Part shown: positions 61,042 to 64,000 of the stretch, one piece after another | Layout of the letters: each line of letters opens with the position of its first letter | How positions within the stretch are numbered: the stretch's first letter is position 1 | NCBI GenBank assembly: GCA_030390025.1 | Contig: CM059432.1 | Location: 109,370,001 to 109,434,000, forward strand | DNA from: Squalus acanthias | Lineage: Eukaryota | Length of the DNA stretch: 64,000 bases | Direction: 5' to 3' | Notes under the pieces: generated by a model | Databases searched by the model: none | What the model was told of the DNA's origin: nothing | The model's input: only the letters and a program-made list of their open reading frames with translations | Translations under genes and position numbers: made by a program

Positions 61042-62199
61042 GGAGTACTGGAGTAATAGTACTGGAGAAATTAATGGGACTAAGTGCTGAAAAATCCGCT
61101 GGACCTGATGGACTACATCTTAGGGTTTTAAAAAAGCTGGCCTCAGAGATAGTGGATGCATTGGTTTTGATCTTCCAGAATTCCCGAGATTCAGGAACGG
61201 TCCCAGTGGATTGGAAGGTGCCAAATGTTCAAGAAAAGAGGGAGAGAGAAAACAGGGAACTATAAACCAGTTAACCTGACATCAGTAGTGGGGAAAATGC
61301 TAGAATCTATTATTAGGGACTTGGTAACAGGGCACTTAGAAAATCATAATATGATTGGGCAGAGGCAACAAGGATTTATGAAAGGAAAATCATGTTTGAC
61401 AAATCGGTTAGAGTTTATTGAGGTTGTAACTACCAGGGTAGATAAGGGGGAACCAATGGATGTAGTGTATTTGGACTTTCAGAAAGCATTTGATAAGGTG
61501 CCACACAAGAGATTATTACACAAAATTAGCGCTCACGAGATTGGGGGTAATATATTAGCATGGATTGAGGATTGATTAATGGACAGAAAAGAGAGAGTAG
61601 GAATAAACGGGTCGTTTTTGGATTGGCAGTCTGTAACTAGTGGGGTACTGCAAGGATCAGTGCTTGGGCCTCAGCTATTTATAATCTATATCAATGACTT
61701 AGATGAGGGGACTGAGTGTAATGTTTCTAAGTTTGCTGGTGATACAAAGCTAAGTGGGAAAGTAAGTTGTGAGAAGATGCAAAGAGGCTTCAAAGATAGA
61801 GACAGGTTAAGTGAGTGGGCAAGAACTTAGCAGATGGAATATAATGTAGAGAAATCTGAAGTTATCCACTTTGGTGGTAAAACTAGAAAAGCAGAATATT
61901 TTTTAAATGGTGAGAGATTGGGAAATGTTGGCATTCAGAGGGACCTGGGTGTCCTTGTACACGAATCACTGAAAGTTAATATGCAGGTACAGCAAGCAAT
62001 TAGGAAAGCAAATGGTATGTTAGCTTTTGTTAGAAAAGGATTGGAGTAGAAGAATGAAGAAGTCTTACTGCAATTATATAGGGCCCTGGTGAGACCATAC
62101 CTGGAGTACTGTGAACAATTTTGGTCTCCTTACCTAAGGAAGAATATACTTGCCTTAGAGGGAGTTCAACGAAGGTTCACCGGTCTGATTCCTGGGATG
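61042..62199 (+). mobile_element. CR1 RT fragment with stops and frameshifts
   Basis: ORFs 61074..62316 with YLDFQKAFDKVPH, QGSVLGP. Confidence 0.9.
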
Positions 62200-63288
62200 G
62201 GGGCTGATTTGATGCCAGCGCTGCCAATTTCATCCTCAACGCTGGAGCTAACACTTTGTTTTAACCGCGCACAGCTGAACATGCATTCAGCAGCAGCAAG
62301 GGCCCCCCACCAGTGATATTTAAAGGGATCAGCAACTACTCTCAGGTCAGTTGCTGATTAATTTCTACAGGCTTTGTGTAAGTTTGTGGGAGAGATTGGA
62401 GTTTTCTATAGTTGTTTAAAGTTGGTGAGGTGACAGGGAGTGGTGCTGCAAGTGGAGAAGGTCTTGCTTCTGACTTCAAGGGTTCTGGTCAGACCACTTG
62501 CTCCCAGTCATTGGGTGCTCTAGTTCTCATCCCCCTTGGCCTGCAGCATGACAGGGAGATGGAGCAGAGGCAGCGAAGAAGAGGACAAGCTGCTCGCACA
62601 GGGAGGAGGAGGAGGGGGAGAAGGGCTCGCAGCAGGAGGCCTTACCCACCTACGGTCTTCCGAGAGCAATTCTCTTACCTCAACCTGAGCCAGGAGCAGT
62701 GTGTGAGGCATCAGCGCTTTACGAAGGAGATGCTCACAGAACTCTGCCTTCTCTTGTAACCAGACCTGCAGCCTCACACCAGGGCAAGGACAGCGCTGCC
62801 AGTGGCTGTGAAGGTGACTGTGGCCCTGAATTTCTTCACACGGGCTCCTTCCAGGCTGGAGCAGGCGACATCTGTAACATCTCCCAGTTTGCCATCCACT
62901 GCTGCATAAGAGAGGTGATAGATGCTCTTTATGCCAGAAGAGGGGACTTCATTGTCTTCTCTCTGACCAGAGCGAATCAGGCAGAGTGTGCATGTTGCTT
63001 TACCAGGACAGAAGGCTTCCCCATGGTGCAGGGTGCCATCAACGGCACGCAAGTGACTTTGTGGGTGCCACATCTAAATGCTGAGATGTACTGCAACCGT
63101 AATGGATACCACTCGCTGATTGTGCAGTTGGTGTGCGACCATGCTCAGCACGTCATGATGGTGAATGCTCGGTATTCTGGCAGCAGTCATGATGCTTTTA
63201 TTCTGTGCCACTCTGCTGTTCCCTCAGTCTTTGAGCCACCAAAACATACCAGAGGCTGGCTACTGGGCAACAAGGGCTATCCGCTGAC
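62200..63288 (+). pseudogene. Decayed Harbinger left end and HARBI1-like transposase
   Basis: RRPYPPTVFREQFSY, FPMVQGAINGT, YSGSSHDAFIL, WLLGNKGYPL. Confidence 0.85.
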
Positions 63289-63945
63289 CTTCTTCTATTC
63301 TTCTTCTTAGGCAGTCCCTAGGAACTGAGGATGACTTGCTTCCACACTAAAAATGAGTTCTCAGGTGACTGATGAGTCCAATGCGGAACCTACAGTCTCT
63401 GTCATAGGTGGGGCAGACGGTGGTTGAAGGGGCGGGTGGGTGGGGTGCTTGGGTTGACGTGCGCTCCTTCCGCTGTTTGCGCTTGGATTCCGCTTGCTCC
63501 CGGCGAAAAGACTCGAGGTGTTGGGCCAGGGATTCCCAGGTGTTGGTGGGGATGTTGCACTTTTTCACGGAGGCTTTGAGGGTGTCCTTGAAGCGTTTCC
63601 TCTGCCCACCTGGGGCTCTCTTGCCGTGTTGGAGCTCCGAGTAGAGCGCTTGTTTTGGGAGTCTTGTATCGGACATGCGGATGATGTGGCCCGTCCATCG
63701 TAACTGATCGAGCGCAGTCAAAGCTTCGATGCTGGGGATGTTGGCCTGAGCGAGAACACTTACGTTGGTGCGCCTATCCTGCAAATGGATTTGCAGGATC
63801 TTGCAGAGGCAGCGTTGGTGGTACCTCTCCAGAGCTTTGAGGTGCCTGCTGTACATAGTCTATGTCTCTGAAGCATACAGGAGGGCGGGAATCACTACTG
63901 CTCTGTAGACCATGAGCTTGGTGCCGGGTTTGAGGTCCTGGTCTT
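63289..63945 (-). mobile_element. RTE-clade LINE 3' end
   Basis: ORF 63347..63856 QLRWTGHIIRM, RLPKQ, GGQRKRFKD, C-terminal CPT..R....RIGLISHLRTH; (AAG)n tail. Confidence 0.88.
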
Positions 63946-64000
63946 CATAGAATCAGAGAAAGTTACAGCACGGAAGGAGGCCATTTCAGCCCATCGTGTC
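63946..64000 (-). mobile_element. CR1/HER1-type 3' tail at window edge
   Basis: catagaatc..acagcacggaaggaggccatttcagcccatc. Confidence 0.65.

Overview
Eukaryotic, almost certainly vertebrate and most likely chondrichthyan (shark/ray) genomic DNA, judged from CR1 LINE tails, SacSINE1/DeuSINE-like SINEs and Penelope termini (host identity is inference). I found no host gene I can support; the window is a deeply nested transposon stack. Main contents: (1) three young, full-length, same-orientation copies of a ~4.2-4.3 kb PIF/Harbinger transposon (14768-19073, 29152-33316, 38364-42559), each with a three-exon Myb/SANT-like gene and a convergent HARBI1-like transposase, each disabled differently; (2) several Harbinger MITEs and older decayed Harbinger elements; (3) an 8.6-kb endogenous retrovirus on the minus strand (44476-53040) with near-identical 540-bp LTRs, a 5-bp TSD, a tRNA-Ser PBS, an open gag, spuma/clade III-like RT and a gamma-type env, but lacking protease and integrase; (4) Penelope-like elements carrying minimal hammerhead-ribozyme motifs, including a ~250-bp-arm palindrome; (5) many CR1 LINEs plus L2, RTE, a second CR1-group family, two solo LTRs, a hAT MITE and several minisatellites that arose inside transposons. 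All comparisons were done by eye; no database searches were run.
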